Below are positions 9,099 through 20,366 of a stretch of DNA of 64,000 nt, in pieces. Where the stretch lies: positions 1 through 64,000 of the forward strand of contig JBBCAW010000005.1 in NCBI GenBank assembly GCA_051382295.1. The letters run 5' to 3'. The stretch comes from Bdellovibrionota bacterium FG-1 (lineage in GTDB: Bacteria; Bdellovibrionota; UBA1018). Under the pieces are notes generated by a model. It was not told where the DNA came from. It worked only from the letters and a program-made list of their open reading frames with translations, and made no database searches. Position 1 is the first letter of the stretch; each line of letters opens with the position of its first letter. Position numbers and translations under genes: made by a program.

Positions 9099-10496
9099 AT
9101 GCAAAATATGAATGTTGATGTGGTGATCTTGGGCGCCGGCCCTGCAGGTTATGTTTGCGCCATTCGGCTCGCGCAATTAGGTAAAAAGGTGACGGTGGTT
9201 GAGCGCGGCGAGATGGGAGGAGTTTGCCTCAATGTAGGTTGTATTCCTTCTAAGGCGCTGATTACGGCGGGCACGCTTTTCGAGAGGCTTAAATATTCCT
9301 CAGAGATGGGGATTGAAGTGACCGGGGCCAAAGTCAATATGTCGAAGCTTATCGAGTGGAAGTCGTCGGTCGTTAAAAAACTCACTAGCGGCGTAGCGGG
9401 ATTGCTCAAAGCCAATGGTTGTGTAGTCATCCAAGGGGACGCCAAGTTTACGGGACCCAAGGCCCTCGAAGTAAAAACCTCTGAGGATGTCATCACGCTT
9501 CAGTTCAATCAATGTGTGATTGCCACGGGCTCACGGCCTTCAAGTTTGCCGGGGTTTGAAGTCGATCAAAAGCGAATCCTGGATTCGACGGGCGCGCTTG
9601 CGTTGACGGAGATTCCGAAGACTCTGCTTTGTATTGGCGGCGGTTACATCGGGCTCGAACTCGGGACTTTTTATGCCAAAGTGGGCACGCAGGTGACGGT
9701 GGTCGAGGCCGGGCCGGGATTACTGGGTGGCGTGGATCCGGAGTTGACGAAGGTGGTTCAAAAGCGTCTTGAGAAAATGGGAGTCAAACTCAAGATCGGT
9801 ACGGGCGTGAAGACTCAAAAAGCGGCTAAAAATGGCACTGAAGTGTGCTTTTCGGATGGAACTTCTGAGGTTTTTGACAAGGTTTTAGTAACAATCGGTC
9901 GGACGCCTAACTCAGATGGCTTGGGTTTTGAAAAAGCAGGTCTTAAAGTCGATCAGCGTGGATTTTTGACTGTCGATGCGCAACGTCGCACTTCGGTACC
10001 GCACCTGTATGCGATTGGCGATATCGCAGGTCAGCCATTGCTCGCACATAAGGGCTCCAAAGAAGGCATGGTCGCAGCTGAAGCGATTGCGGGCAAAAAG
10101 GTGGCCTATGATGTGGTCGCGATGCCCGCCGTGATTTTTACGGATCCTGAAATAGCCACCGTGGGCATGACGGAGGCCGAAGCCAAAGTGAAGGGGATTC
10201 AGACGCGCGTCGGAATGTTTCCGATGGCGGCGAATGGTCGCGCACTTTCGATGAATGAGCCCGATGGTTTTGTCAAAATGATTGGCGATGCTCAAACGGG
10301 CCGTTTGCTGGGCGTGCATATTGTGGGTACGGAGGCTTCGAATTTGATTGCCGAAGCCTCCTTGGCGCTTGAAATGGGCGCAATGGTCGAAGATCTGGCT
10401 TTGACGGTGCATGCGCATCCGACTTTGCCTGAGACCTTGATGGAGGCGGCCGAAGCGACGCTTGGGCATGCGATCCATATTTTTAAACGCAAATGA
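9099..10496 (+). CDS. lpdA: Dihydrolipoyl dehydrogenase E3
   Basis: GAGPAG, GGVCLNVGCIPSK, HAHPTLPE. Confidence 0.97.
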   Translation: MQNMNVDVVILGAGPAGYVCAIRLAQLGKKVTVVERGEMGGVCLNVGCIPSKALITAGTLFERLKYSSEMGIEVTGAKVNMSKLIEWKSSVVKKLTSGVAGLLKANGCVVIQGDAKFTGPKALEVKTSEDVITLQFNQCVIATGSRPSSLPGFEVDQKRILDSTGALALTEIPKTLLCIGGGYIGLELGTFYAKVGTQVTVVEAGPGLLGGVDPELTKVVQKRLEKMGVKLKIGTGVKTQKAAKNGTEVCFSDGTSEVFDKVLVTIGRTPNSDGLGFEKAGLKVDQRGFLTVDAQRRTSVPHLYAIGDIAGQPLLAHKGSKEGMVAAEAIAGKKVAYDVVAMPAVIFTDPEIATVGMTEAEAKVKGIQTRVGMFPMAANGRALSMNEPDGFVKMIGDAQTGRLLGVHIVGTEASNLIAEASLALEMGAMVEDLALTVHAHPTLPETLMEAAEATLGHAIHIFKRK

Positions 10497-10508
10497 TGTA
10501 GGTAGACG

Positions 10509-11195
10509 ATGCAGTTTCGGTCGTTAAAAAACTTAACTTCTTATGCGGCGGCGCGCGAACTTCAATTGGAGCTGGTGGAGCAGCGCGCACAGGATCAAAT
10601 TCCCGACACAGTTTTGTTTTTAGAACACGAACCGGTGATTACGCGCGGGCGCGGACTTCAATTTACCGGTACGCCTCGGCCGCGGCATATGCCGCTTCCG
10701 GTTTCTTTGCCTCCTGAAATTGCCTTCTCTGAGAGTGAAAGGGGAGGGGACCTGACTTACCATGGGCCGGGCCAATTGGTGATTTATCCGATTATTAAAC
10801 TCGAAGACGAAAAGCGGGATATTGGCGCTTTTTTAAGGGGTTTTGAAGAAGCGGTGATGGCTGCGATAGCGCCACTCAGTGGTGGGCGATGGGTGGCGGA
10901 GTCGCGCCCGCATGCTACCGGCGTGTGGATTGGGGATCGTAAGCTCGCGTCGATGGGGATCGCTGTTCGACGTTGGGTGACGTATCACGGTTTAGCCATC
11001 AATTGTGTGAATGACCTTGCGCCGTTTCATTTGATTTCGCCCTGTGGTTTCAGTCCTGAAGTGATGACGAGGCTTGTGGATTGGCTCGATCCCGAGTCCA
11101 AAGAGTTCGAGGTTTTGAGTGACTGGCAAGCGCGCGGGCGCGCGGATTTGGAAGCGCGGATTGGGGCGCAGATGGGGTGGTTGAGGGTTACCTAA
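10509..11195 (+). CDS. lipB: Octanoyltransferase
   Basis: LEHEPVIT, RGGDLTYHGPGQL, ISPCG. Confidence 0.95.
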   Translation: MQFRSLKNLTSYAAARELQLELVEQRAQDQIPDTVLFLEHEPVITRGRGLQFTGTPRPRHMPLPVSLPPEIAFSESERGGDLTYHGPGQLVIYPIIKLEDEKRDIGAFLRGFEEAVMAAIAPLSGGRWVAESRPHATGVWIGDRKLASMGIAVRRWVTYHGLAINCVNDLAPFHLISPCGFSPEVMTRLVDWLDPESKEFEVLSDWQARGRADLEARIGAQMGWLRVT

Positions 11196-11226
11196 ATCCG
11201 CATAGTATGTAAATATAGGCATATTG

Positions 11227-11656
11227 ATGCCTCACCTTAGAAGTCGACATATTCACGAAGCTTTTAATCAGTTGTGCGCCCACTCTGCTATTGTGGGAGT
11301 CTTTGGTCATCGGCAAGTGGGAAAAACCACTTTTCTTGAATCGCTGTTAGCAAATTATCGCACTCTGGATGATGAAAAGGAACTTAAGAAAGCTCATGAG
11401 GACTCGCGCGGGAGCCTCTATTCCTGTAGCAATTCGGACCGAGCATGGGGTTTTAGGCGTTCTTCCGCTGGAATCCTCTCAGCAGATCACCCGCGCAACC
11501 AAGGGGGCGATTTCAAGCTTTCTGAGAGCCTATAATCGATCCAAGGTGTTGGTGACGGTTGATTCTCCAGAAGACGCCCATCTTCTTGATGATCGCACTT
11601 TGGTGGCCCCGGTCACGTTGGTGTATGAGTTACCTTCTTGGCGAAGCCGAGCCTAG
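11227..11656 (+). pseudogene. Deleted/frameshifted AAA ATPase (AAA_14/DUF4143-like) remnant
   Basis: Walker A GHRQVGKTT near N-terminus, ORF ends after ~100 aa, second frame gives a C-terminal-like fragment. Confidence 0.55.
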
Positions 11657-12256
11657 TCCGCCGAGCAGCGCGAGCAGTTCTTTGCGCGTGACCGGATCAT
11701 CGTGAAATTCGCCTAACATCGTGCTGGTGATGGTGTAGCTGCTTTGTTTTTCTACTCCACGCATCATCATACAGAGATGAGTCGCCTCAATAATGACCGC
11801 TACGCCGAGCGGCTTGAGGATTCTTTGAAGTTCTCCGGCAATTTGCGTGGTGAGGCGCTCTTGCACTTGAAGTCGACGTGAAAAAGCATCTACGATCCGC
11901 GGGATCTTGGAGAGGCCGATGATTCTATTTTTGGGGATATAAGCAACGTGAGCGCGCCCGAAAAAGGGCAGCAAATGATGCTCACAAAGTGAAAAAAATT
12001 CGATATCGCGGATAATCACGATTTCGCTCGCATTCTCCTTAAAGAGCGCATTGCCCACGATGTCATCAATATTGCGATCATAGCCCGAGGTCAAAAATTC
12101 CATCGCCTTGGCATAACGTTCAGGGGTTCGTATCAATCCTTCGCGTGTGACGTCTTCGCCCAGCAGGTCCAGCGTAGAGCGGGTGTTCTTAATGATGGTT
12201 TCGCGTGCGAGCTGGGCGTTTTCTTTGCGGGGCATGGACTTGGTTTTTGGGGGCAT
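11630..12256 (-). CDS. folE: GTP cyclohydrolase I
   Basis: [38 protein letters not shown]. Confidence 0.97.
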   Translation of the reverse strand: MPPKTKSMPRKENAQLARETIIKNTRSTLDLLGEDVTREGLIRTPERYAKAMEFLTSGYDRNIDDIVGNALFKENASEIVIIRDIEFFSLCEHHLLPFFGRAHVAYIPKNRIIGLSKIPRIVDAFSRRLQVQERLTTQIAGELQRILKPLGVAVIIEATHLCMMMRGVEKQSSYTITSTMLGEFHDDPVTRKELLALLGGLGSASPRR

Positions 12257-12337
12257 GAGTAAATTCCTACTTTCCCATTTTTTTGGAGCTTGCTGCCGTG
12301 TATCATGATTTGAGATTGGGCGGAAGGGGTTTAAAAA

Positions 12338-12544
12338 ATGGTCGATCCGGATCAAACGATTTGTTTTTGTCATTTTGTGAGCTTGGGGCAATTGACTGAT
12401 GCTATCCAAAAAGGCTGTCGGACTTTAGAAGAGATCAAAAAGCAGACTTGCGCCTCTACCGGCTGCGGGGGATGTGAGTCTGAGGTGGTTGAAATTCTTC
12501 ACGAGGTTTTACAGGCGGGGTTGAGAAAGGCACGGTGGCCGTGA
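12338..12544 (+). CDS. BFD-like [2Fe-2S] protein
   Basis: ICFC...ASTGCGGC. Confidence 0.85.
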   Translation: MVDPDQTICFCHFVSLGQLTDAIQKGCRTLEEIKKQTCASTGCGGCESEVVEILHEVLQAGLRKARWP

Positions 12545-13013
12545 ATCTTGCAACTGCTTTGGTATTGCAGGGCGCGCGGTGAAAGTTATGTCCATGGGGT
12601 TCTTGATTCGTGACGATCAGCCGGCGAGTTGGCACGGTCCCATGCTTCATAGTATCGTCAGTATCGTCAATTAATTTTGCCATAAAGTGCGTTGGGGTGA
12701 GCTCGGCTACTGGGTCGTCGATATGCCTCCCGGCACCTGAGATGTACCGATGTTCGAAAAAATCGGAGTACCGGTTCGCGGTTTTATCGAAAACATGAGT
12801 TGGTTTAAGGGCCATGGTTGTGACAAAAAGCATGAACTTTTTGGCCAAGGAGGCGGCAAAGGCTTGGCGCGTAAATTTGATCTTATCTCCTGGCGCAGTT
12901 GCCGATGCAGGGGGATGTACGGCAAGGCGGCGATGAGGGAACGCCTCTCGTGATTCGCAGTCCCCAATCCGAGGTGGGTCTGGCGTTTCTCGAAATAATT
13001 TCTATTAAATGAT
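12522..13013 (+). pseudogene. mrp: Mrp/ApbC/NBP35 Fe-S carrier ATPase remnant
   Basis: Fragments across frames: [76 protein letters not shown]. Confidence 0.8.
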
Positions 13014-13029
13014 GTTTCAAAATAGGTGT

Positions 13030-13045
13030 TGGCCTTTGCTTTGCA
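13030..13045 (+). promoter_or_regulatory. Putative sigma54 promoter
   Basis: TGGCCTTTGCTTTGCA, GG-N10-GC, 30 nt before an ATG with SD AAGGAG. Confidence 0.55.
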
Positions 13046-13075
13046 ATTGGTTGCAAAGCGAAAAGGAGATTTTTC

Positions 13076-13300
13076 ATGGCAACAAATTCACGTTCTTCTA
13101 AAGTTCAAGGTCGTCCAAAAGCAGCTCCGAGAAAGGCTGCTACTAGTCGTTCTGCGACTGTTGCGAAAGCGGGGAGGGCGGTCGGGGCACGAACAACAGC
13201 AACCCCGGTCGCACGAACTCAAGCTCGTAAATCATCAGGGGCCAAGCGGTTGGTTTCCCGAGTGAAGCGCGCCGTGGTTCACTCGATGGGTTCGCGCTGA
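13076..13300 (+). CDS. Small Arg/Lys/Ala-rich basic protein
   Basis: SD AAGGAG; 74 aa, no acidic residues; terminator downstream. Confidence 0.6.
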   Translation: MATNSRSSKVQGRPKAAPRKAATSRSATVAKAGRAVGARTTATPVARTQARKSSGAKRLVSRVKRAVVHSMGSR

Positions 13301-13331
13301 ACTCGCAGTTGGCGCCAGCTATTTGACAGCA

Positions 13332-13387
13332 AGAAAGGGCAACCCCTCTTGGCTTCAATGCCTCAGGACGGGTTGCCTTTTTTTTTA
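13332..13387. terminator. Probable bidirectional terminator
   Basis: AAAGGGCAACCC...GGGTTGCCTTT followed by T run, between convergent genes. Confidence 0.6.
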
Positions 13388-13618
13388 AACGCCGTCAATG
13401 CCAATGGCTTCAACCGGGCATGCCTCAAGAGCGGCTTTGGATCGAATTTCTTCTTCAGGGGTGGATGGCTGCTTATAAACGTAGGAGTAGCCGTGTTCAT
13501 CGTTGCGAGTGAAATTATCAGGTGCTTCGGTGCGGCAAGCATCGCAATCGATACATTGGTCGTCCACGTAGAATTTGCCGGGGGCATTGTCGGACCACTT
13601 ACGGGTTTTGTCTGGCAT
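13385..13618 (-). CDS. Ferredoxin
   Basis: CIDCDAC...ACPVEAI. Confidence 0.9.
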   Translation of the reverse strand: MPDKTRKWSDNAPGKFYVDDQCIDCDACRTEAPDNFTRNDEHGYSYVYKQPSTPEEEIRSKAALEACPVEAIGIDGV

Positions 13619-13747
13619 AGTATGATCCATCCTACCTAGAGAGGTTGACTGGTTTTCTACGAGTTTCCAGACCAAGAGTCAAGTCGTTCCAAGAATTTTT
13701 TTGATCCGATGCCCTTACTTTGGCTAGATCGCGTTATAATCAGATCA

Positions 13748-14872
13748 ATGAAAAAAGTGAAGTTCATCATCAGCGACTGCCATCTCTCCGCAGGACGGTT
13801 TTTTGAGGGTCAGCTGAATCCTCATGAAGACTTTCATTTCGATGACGAAATGGTTGAACTTTTTGATTTTTTTTCTGCTGGTGAGTTCGGGCATGGTCCC
13901 GATGGACCGGTCGATGTCGAGCTTTTCATGAACGGGGATTATTTTGATTTCTTGAATGTTCCTTATAATGGGGAGTTTGAAGACGTCATTACTGAACCGA
14001 TCGCGCTCTTCAAGTGCGAGGCGATTATTCAAGGGCATCCTAAGGTGATGGAAGCTTTGCGGCGATTTGCGGCTAAACCGGGCAAAACCATCACTTATAT
14101 GGTGGGGAATCACGATGCTGATTTGTTTTTTCCGAAGATCAGGGAACGAATCATTCGCGAGTGGGATCCGCAGGGTGAGTTTCCCAGCGATAAGGTAAAA
14201 ATCATCACGGACCGTGATCGTGTGCGGTGGGGGGGGGGGGTTGAGGTTCATCATGGAAATCAATTTGAAGCCGTTCATGTTTTGAACTTTGAGAAGCCCT
14301 TAATTGAGCAAGAGGGCAGTGAAGCGCCGGTTCTTAATCTTCCCTGGGGAAGTTTTTACGTCCTTAAAATCGTGAATCGGCTGAAGTGGGAGCGGGAATT
14401 TTTGGACAAAGTTCGCCCCATTAAGGCGTTTGTTTTTTTTGGCTTGCTCATGGATCCTGTGTTCACCCTGAAGTTTTGCTTTCTTTCGGCTTTTTATTTT
14501 TTGAAAACTCGTTTTGTCTATTCACGCAAGCGCCGCTCCAAACTCAGCGTCACGGCTAAAATTCTTAAAGAAGAAACGAGTAACTTTCTTTTAGATCTGG
14601 AGTGCGAAGCTCGCGACCTCATGGCTTCTGATGCGGCTATCCGTACAGTGATTTTCGGGCATACCCATAAGCCCATGGACAAAATTTACCCCGATGGAAA
14701 ACAGTATATCAATACAGGTACTTGGACTCGGATGATCAATTTGGATTGGCGGCATTTAGGGCAGCAATACAGTCTGACCTTTGCTTTGGTGCAAATTGAG
14801 AACGACAAGGCTCATTGCGAGCTCCGGCATTGGGTGGGCGAACAAAGCCCTCATCGCGTTTTTAGAGGGTAG
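13748..14872 (+). CDS. Calcineurin-like metallophosphoesterase
   Basis: SDCH, GDYFD, GNHD, GHTH motifs. Confidence 0.9.
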   Translation: MKKVKFIISDCHLSAGRFFEGQLNPHEDFHFDDEMVELFDFFSAGEFGHGPDGPVDVELFMNGDYFDFLNVPYNGEFEDVITEPIALFKCEAIIQGHPKVMEALRRFAAKPGKTITYMVGNHDADLFFPKIRERIIREWDPQGEFPSDKVKIITDRDRVRWGGGVEVHHGNQFEAVHVLNFEKPLIEQEGSEAPVLNLPWGSFYVLKIVNRLKWEREFLDKVRPIKAFVFFGLLMDPVFTLKFCFLSAFYFLKTRFVYSRKRRSKLSVTAKILKEETSNFLLDLECEARDLMASDAAIRTVIFGHTHKPMDKIYPDGKQYINTGTWTRMINLDWRHLGQQYSLTFALVQIENDKAHCELRHWVGEQSPHRVFRG

Positions 14873-15039
14873 GCAAGACCGAGGCCAGTTCGAGGCTAAA
14901 AAGAGTCTTGGTTTTTGATAATGCTGCAAAAGCGCGGGCTTATTGTTTTGTTTATTTTGTTTGTTTAAAAAATACGAATTCAGGCAGGAAGAGATCCAGA
15001 AACAGACTACACTAACCGAATAGAGTTTCGGAGGAAGTC

Positions 15040-16683
15040 ATGCGCATGGGTCATTCCAGACACAGGTTACTGGCCGCAGTGGTCTTAGTTTTTCCTTTGT
15101 TTTTGAACTGTGGAAAAAAAGACTTGGCCGCTACCACGAGCGCGGTAGTTCTGGAAGGTGCCGCCTGGGTGCCTAACGTGACAGGTGCGGGGGCGGTTAA
15201 TCACGATGCCAATGTGACCCTGACCAAGACCGATTTAGCCACGGTGACCGGTCCTTTGGTGGGTTTGGCGCAGGGCTGGAGCGGTCGTGAAATCAGTGTC
15301 ACGATCGATATGACGGATGATTTGGGTGATTATGGGTCGTTGACACTTTTAGCTCAACCCACGGGGTTTCCGGCTGCGCTTCAAGGGGGCGCTTATACGG
15401 TTTTGACGTATCTTTCAGATGGTTCGAATGACTGGATTAATCTTGCGCGTTCTGGCACGGGGGGGGATTGTTTTGCCTCTGGTGCCTATATTTGTGACTC
15501 AAGTGGTAACTGCACGGTCAATAGTGCCTGTACCATCAGCTGGCCCAGCGCCTACGCGGATCGATCGCATTGGGAACAGCATCAAATTGATTTTTCCTTT
15601 GGGAGTTACGCGAGCACGAATACCTTTCCGACTTGTAACTGGAGTGATGGTACGGCCCAATCGGCTTTGGATCCTTCTTGTGCGTTCAATTCTACTTTTT
15701 TCAGTCATGGAAAAATGCGTTCTGGAGGGACTTACACCGCAAAATATATCTTAATGACGGATAGTTATGCCTCGCTGAGTGGTTATAATGCGGGACTGAA
15801 TGTCTCCGTCATTAAAAAGGCAAAAAACAGTATCGCCAACTCAGGGGCGATCGACGTCAATGTGATTTTGGTTGGTAAAGACGTCGCCCAGGCTACGCGC
15901 ACCGAAAAAGGTAAAATCAATTTGGACTCGCTTTTTTCGGCGGTGCAAGATTTTTACTCCGCCTCTAATGTCAATGTGAAGCTAGGATCCATTCAGGCGT
16001 ATGAGTGGACTGATGGCGAGGCCTACGCCAATGTCGCCATGGGTGACTTTGGTAAGATGGTGGCGGCTGCGGGTTCGATGTTGCCGGCGGCGACGGCGGG
16101 TAAGGCAATCAATATCTTTTTTGTTAAGTCGGTATCAGACAATAGCGCCCTTTTAGGGATGTCGGGTGGGATTGGCGGACCTGCCGTGAATGGTCTCCCG
16201 AATAGCGGGGTCGTGGTTTCGACCTTTGGCAAAATGGATCAGTATAATTCCGGATGTTCGGCGGCGCCCTGTGGGCTGACCCAAGTGGAATACGATTTTG
16301 CGGATATGGAGCAAACCATCGCGCATGAGATGGGACATTATTTAGGACTCAATCACCCGACCGAATCCCACGGCACCGAACATGATCTTCTTCGGGATAC
16401 CCCGATCTGCACTGCCACCGACTCCAGTGGTCGAATTTCGATTCGCAACTGTTTGATGAGAGATACAAATGTATTTCCAGTCACCCAAAAGATGTGCAGT
16501 GACGCTTGCACCTCCTATAGTAGTATTGACGGTAATTATTGCCCAGTCGCCCTGGAGTGTGAGTTTAATTATATGATGTATTGGAGTTCCAAGTACTTTA
16601 CGGTCGGTAAAGGGACGGGTGACGGAAATCTGTTTTCCGCTCAAAGTGGGCAAGTCATCAATAACCACCCGTTGATTCAGTAG
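15040..16683 (+). CDS. Secreted Cys-rich metzincin zinc metalloprotease (likely lipoprotein)
   Basis: Signal with LNC; HEMGHYLGLNH zinc motif; downstream Met-turn candidate NYMM. Confidence 0.8.
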   Translation: MRMGHSRHRLLAAVVLVFPLFLNCGKKDLAATTSAVVLEGAAWVPNVTGAGAVNHDANVTLTKTDLATVTGPLVGLAQGWSGREISVTIDMTDDLGDYGSLTLLAQPTGFPAALQGGAYTVLTYLSDGSNDWINLARSGTGGDCFASGAYICDSSGNCTVNSACTISWPSAYADRSHWEQHQIDFSFGSYASTNTFPTCNWSDGTAQSALDPSCAFNSTFFSHGKMRSGGTYTAKYILMTDSYASLSGYNAGLNVSVIKKAKNSIANSGAIDVNVILVGKDVAQATRTEKGKINLDSLFSAVQDFYSASNVNVKLGSIQAYEWTDGEAYANVAMGDFGKMVAAAGSMLPAATAGKAINIFFVKSVSDNSALLGMSGGIGGPAVNGLPNSGVVVSTFGKMDQYNSGCSAAPCGLTQVEYDFADMEQTIAHEMGHYLGLNHPTESHGTEHDLLRDTPICTATDSSGRISIRNCLMRDTNVFPVTQKMCSDACTSYSSIDGNYCPVALECEFNYMMYWSSKYFTVGKGTGDGNLFSAQSGQVINNHPLIQ

Positions 16684-16708
16684 GGTGGTTTCCGGTAAGC
16701 TCAGAGGT

Positions 16709-17659
16709 ATGAGCAAACTTTGGGTCAAGGTGTGCGTTTGGGCGATTGCGACGATACTTTTCGGGCTTTCGATGCCTGTGAGTGCATCGACGGATGCCGA
16801 GATAGAAGAGAGCGTTCGCGTGATGATCATGGATCGCCATCCTCATGAGTCCCCCGCCTGGTGGCGGAGTTTGGGGCCCCAAACCCCAAAAATTTTAACG
16901 AAGATGTATGAAACGGAGCCGAGCACTTATCGGAAAATGCGCCTCATCGAGGGTCTGAGCGCATTTACTGATGACGCGGTCGCCGTTGATTTTATTAAAA
17001 GCCAGGCTGAGCACACGCCAGATGACGTGATCCGCACCAATGCCATTCGGATGATCGGGGTGGCTCAAGGCGCGCGAGAAGAGGAATGGCTGTCTAAGTT
17101 TTTGAAACACGATGATCCACATACCCGAGTGGCTGCGGGCACGGCTTTGAAGCGCAGTGGTTCGTCCTCGGCATTAGCTAGGGTTGAGCAGTGGTTCGTC
17201 AGCGAAAAGCAATCATGGGTAGTGGCCAAGGTGAAGGGGGAGTTACCCCCGATTTCGGGCAAGTGGGTGCCGTCAGGGACTTCTGAAGATCGCCTGAGTC
17301 CCGATTTTGGCGGCACGTGGCGGGGTTTTTGGGTGTCAGTCAAAGAGGGCACTGTAGGAATGAAAAGTGAGCCGGTGCTTTTGACTGCACAGGTTTCTGG
17401 CCTTAGCGAGTTCAATGCTGAGGTGACGGTCAAGTCTCAGCATAAAATTCGGCATTGGAAGATCGTCAAGGCCATAGGTAAGGCAGGTTATTGGACAGGC
17501 TCAATGGCGGAAGAGCAGTCAAAGAATCCAGTTCGAGTGCCAAGTCAGGTCTGTAATGCGGACCTCAGTAAACGTTCAGAAAATGTGTTGATGCAGATTC
17601 GCTTGCCTCAGTCGGGGGAGTTTATATTACTTCGTCGTGATAATGCATTGCAAGATTGA
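16709..17659 (+). CDS. Exported HEAT-repeat protein
   Basis: Signal peptide; DDVIRTNAIRMIG and DDPHTRVAAGTAL repeats. Confidence 0.65.
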   Translation: MSKLWVKVCVWAIATILFGLSMPVSASTDAEIEESVRVMIMDRHPHESPAWWRSLGPQTPKILTKMYETEPSTYRKMRLIEGLSAFTDDAVAVDFIKSQAEHTPDDVIRTNAIRMIGVAQGAREEEWLSKFLKHDDPHTRVAAGTALKRSGSSSALARVEQWFVSEKQSWVVAKVKGELPPISGKWVPSGTSEDRLSPDFGGTWRGFWVSVKEGTVGMKSEPVLLTAQVSGLSEFNAEVTVKSQHKIRHWKIVKAIGKAGYWTGSMAEEQSKNPVRVPSQVCNADLSKRSENVLMQIRLPQSGEFILLRRDNALQD

Positions 17660-17733
17660 GAAAAAGTTTTTTTTAAATTGCGTAAACAGGGGATTGGCAG
17701 TTACTAATAGAATCTCAACTCGAGGTAACTCTC

Positions 17734-18438
17734 ATGATTCCGCTTCATCAAGCGCTTCGCTCTTCCGTCGGAAAAAAGCTTCTCATGGCTCTTTCTGGAC
17801 TAGGGTTGGTTCTCTTCTCTCTTATTCATCTTCTAGGTAATCTTTCTCTCTATAAAGTGAATGGAACAACCTTTAACTTTTATGCACACACTCTGATGGG
17901 ATTGGGGGGGCTGTTAGTCGTCGCCGAAGTCGGACTGACGGCTTTATTTCTGCTTCATATTCTCATGGGTTTTACGCTGACTGGTAAGAATCGCACAGCT
18001 CGCCCCATCGCTTATCAAGGGCTGCGCACCAAAGGTGGAGCCAGTTATAGCAATTTGAGTTCTCGCAATATGATTATTACGGGGGGCATTCTCTTCGCCT
18101 TCTTAATTCTCCATATTTGGCAGTTTCGATTTGGTCCGGCCGAGGCGGCTGGCTATGTGACGCAGGCCAATGGAGTGGAAGTTCGCGATCTTCATCGTCT
18201 TGTTTATGAGACTTTCAGAAATCCTTTCTTTGTTTTTGTCTACATGGGGTCTATGGCGCTTTTGGGTACCCATCTGCGCCACGGTTTTTGGAGTGCTTTC
18301 CAGAGTTTAGGAGCTGTCAACGCAAGGTGGCTGCCTCCGATTCGCTTGTTGGGTATGGTGCTTTCGTTCATTCTTGCGTTTGGATTCTTTTTGATCCCGT
18401 TGTGGATCTACTTTGATATTCCCGGAGCTTTGAAATGA
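17734..18438 (+). CDS. sdhC: Succinate dehydrogenase cytochrome b558 subunit
   Basis: [32 protein letters not shown]. Confidence 0.93.
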   Translation: MIPLHQALRSSVGKKLLMALSGLGLVLFSLIHLLGNLSLYKVNGTTFNFYAHTLMGLGGLLVVAEVGLTALFLLHILMGFTLTGKNRTARPIAYQGLRTKGGASYSNLSSRNMIITGGILFAFLILHIWQFRFGPAEAAGYVTQANGVEVRDLHRLVYETFRNPFFVFVYMGSMALLGTHLRHGFWSAFQSLGAVNARWLPPIRLLGMVLSFILAFGFFLIPLWIYFDIPGALK

Positions 18439-20366
18439 GTGACATCAAATTGGATGCAAAGGTCCCTGAAGGCCCACTTGCCACAAAATGGCAGGATTAT
18501 ATTGGGCATATGAAACTTGTCAATCCAGCTAATAAGCGAAAGCACACAGTCATCGTGGTTGGTACTGGGTTGGCGGGAGCCTCTGCCTCGGCTTCGCTTT
18601 CGGAGTTGGGCTATAACGTCAAGACGTTTTCGGTTTTGGACTCGCCCAGACGCGCTCACTCGATCGCGGCTCAAGGTGGGATTAACGCCGCTAAAAACTA
18701 TCAAAACGATGGCGATAGTGTTTTTCGTCTTTTTTACGACACGATTAAAGGCGGCGATTTTCGAGCCCGTGAGGCTAATGTTCATCGGTTGGCTGAGATC
18801 AGTCGGCTGATCATTGACCAATCGGTATCTCAGGGTGTGCCTTTTGCTCGGGAGTACTCCGGCGAGTTGGCAAATCGCTCATTTGGTGGCGCCCAAGTTT
18901 CGCGCACTTTCTATGCTCGAGGTCAAACAGGTCAGCAGCTTTTGCTGGGGGCCTACAGCCAGATGATGAAGCAGGTGGATGCGGGCAAAGTGCAACTTTT
19001 TAACCGCTCTGAAATGCTCGAGCTGGTCATTATCGATGGTAAAGCACGCGGGATTATTACGCGTGATCTGGTGAGTGGCAAAATTGAACGGCATGTAGCT
19101 GATGCTGTATGCTTGGCTACCGGTGGTTACGGGCGCGTGTATTTTCTTTCGACCAATGCTTTTAACTCCAACGGAACGGCCATTTGGCGGGCTCATAAAA
19201 AAGGCGCGCTTTTTGCTAACCCTTGTTATGTCCAAATTCATCCGACTTGCATTCCCGTTGCGGGTGAGCATCAGTCCAAGTTGACACTCATGTCTGAGAG
19301 CCTTCGCAATGATGGCCGAGTTTGGGTGCCGTTTAAAAAAGAAGACTGCAAAAAGCATCCAGGCGAAATTTCTGAGGATGCCCGCGATTATTATCTCGAG
19401 CGGAAATACCCGACGTTTGGAAACTTGGTCCCTCGTGACGTGGCCTCTCGCGCGGCTAAGCAGGTTTGCGACGAGGGTCGTGGCGTGGGTTCAAGCGGCT
19501 TGGCCGTTTACTTGGATTTTAAAGATGCTATTCAACGTGACGGTATTGACGTAGTTCGCGACAAGTATGGCAATCTTTTTCAGATGTATGAAAAGATTAC
19601 CGGCGAAAACCCCTATCATGTGCCGATGCGGATTTATCCAGCCGCGCACTATACGATGGGCGGTTTGTGGGTTGATTACAACTTGATGAGCAATGTGCCT
19701 GGCCTTCATGTGCTCGGCGAGGCCAATTTCTCTGACCATGGCGCAAACCGTCTCGGGGCCAGCGCTTTGATGCAAGGCCTGGCGGATGGCTATTTCGTGA
19801 TTCCTTACACGATTGGTTCCTACTTTGCCGATTCTAAGCTTGAAAAGGTCGATGCTTCGCACCCCGCTTTTGTGCAGGCTGAAAAAGAAGCCGTCGCTCA
19901 GATCAATAGGCTCATGGAAGTGGGCAAGAAGGGTAAGAAGACGGTTCTTGAGATCTATCGTGAGCTTGGCCACATCATGTGGGATTACGTCGGAATGGCC
20001 CGTGAAGAAAAGGGCTTGAAAATTGCGGTCGAAAAGATCCAAAAACTTCGCGAAGAATTTTGGACGAATGTTCGGATCCCGGGGTCGGATGCGAGTTTCA
20101 ATAAGAATCTCGAAGTGGCCGGTCGGTTGGCTGACTTTTTGGAAATGGGCGAATTGATGGCGCGTGATGCGCTTCATCGCAGAGAGAGCTGTGGGGGTCA
20201 TTTCCGTCTTGAGAGCCAGACGCCTGATAATGAGGCGCTTCGTAAAGACGATGAATTTGCTTACGTGGCTGCCTGGGAGTGGGTGGGTTCTGGAAAAGAT
20301 CCCGTTCTTCATAAAGAGCCGCTGAAATTCGATAGCATTCATCTCGCGCAACGGAGTTATAAATGA
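18435..20366 (+). CDS. sdhA: Succinate dehydrogenase/fumarate reductase flavoprotein
   Basis: [35 protein letters not shown]. Confidence 0.96.
   Translation: MSDIKLDAKVPEGPLATKWQDYIGHMKLVNPANKRKHTVIVVGTGLAGASASASLSELGYNVKTFSVLDSPRRAHSIAAQGGINAAKNYQNDGDSVFRLFYDTIKGGDFRAREANVHRLAEISRLIIDQSVSQGVPFAREYSGELANRSFGGAQVSRTFYARGQTGQQLLLGAYSQMMKQVDAGKVQLFNRSEMLELVIIDGKARGIITRDLVSGKIERHVADAVCLATGGYGRVYFLSTNAFNSNGTAIWRAHKKGALFANPCYVQIHPTCIPVAGEHQSKLTLMSESLRNDGRVWVPFKKEDCKKHPGEISEDARDYYLERKYPTFGNLVPRDVASRAAKQVCDEGRGVGSSGLAVYLDFKDAIQRDGIDVVRDKYGNLFQMYEKITGENPYHVPMRIYPAAHYTMGGLWVDYNLMSNVPGLHVLGEANFSDHGANRLGASALMQGLADGYFVIPYTIGSYFADSKLEKVDASHPAFVQAEKEAVAQINRLMEVGKKGKKTVLEIYRELGHIMWDYVGMAREEKGLKIAVEKIQKLREEFWTNVRIPGSDASFNKNLEVAGRLADFLEMGELMARDALHRRESCGGHFRLESQTPDNEALRKDDEFAYVAAWEWVGSGKDPVLHKEPLKFDSIHLAQRSYK

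Noticed and set aside
12720..12745. In-frame TGA as selenocysteine, given selD in the window
   Set aside because: The position is a conserved Gly in Mrp (DMPPGTGD) and the gene has other lesions
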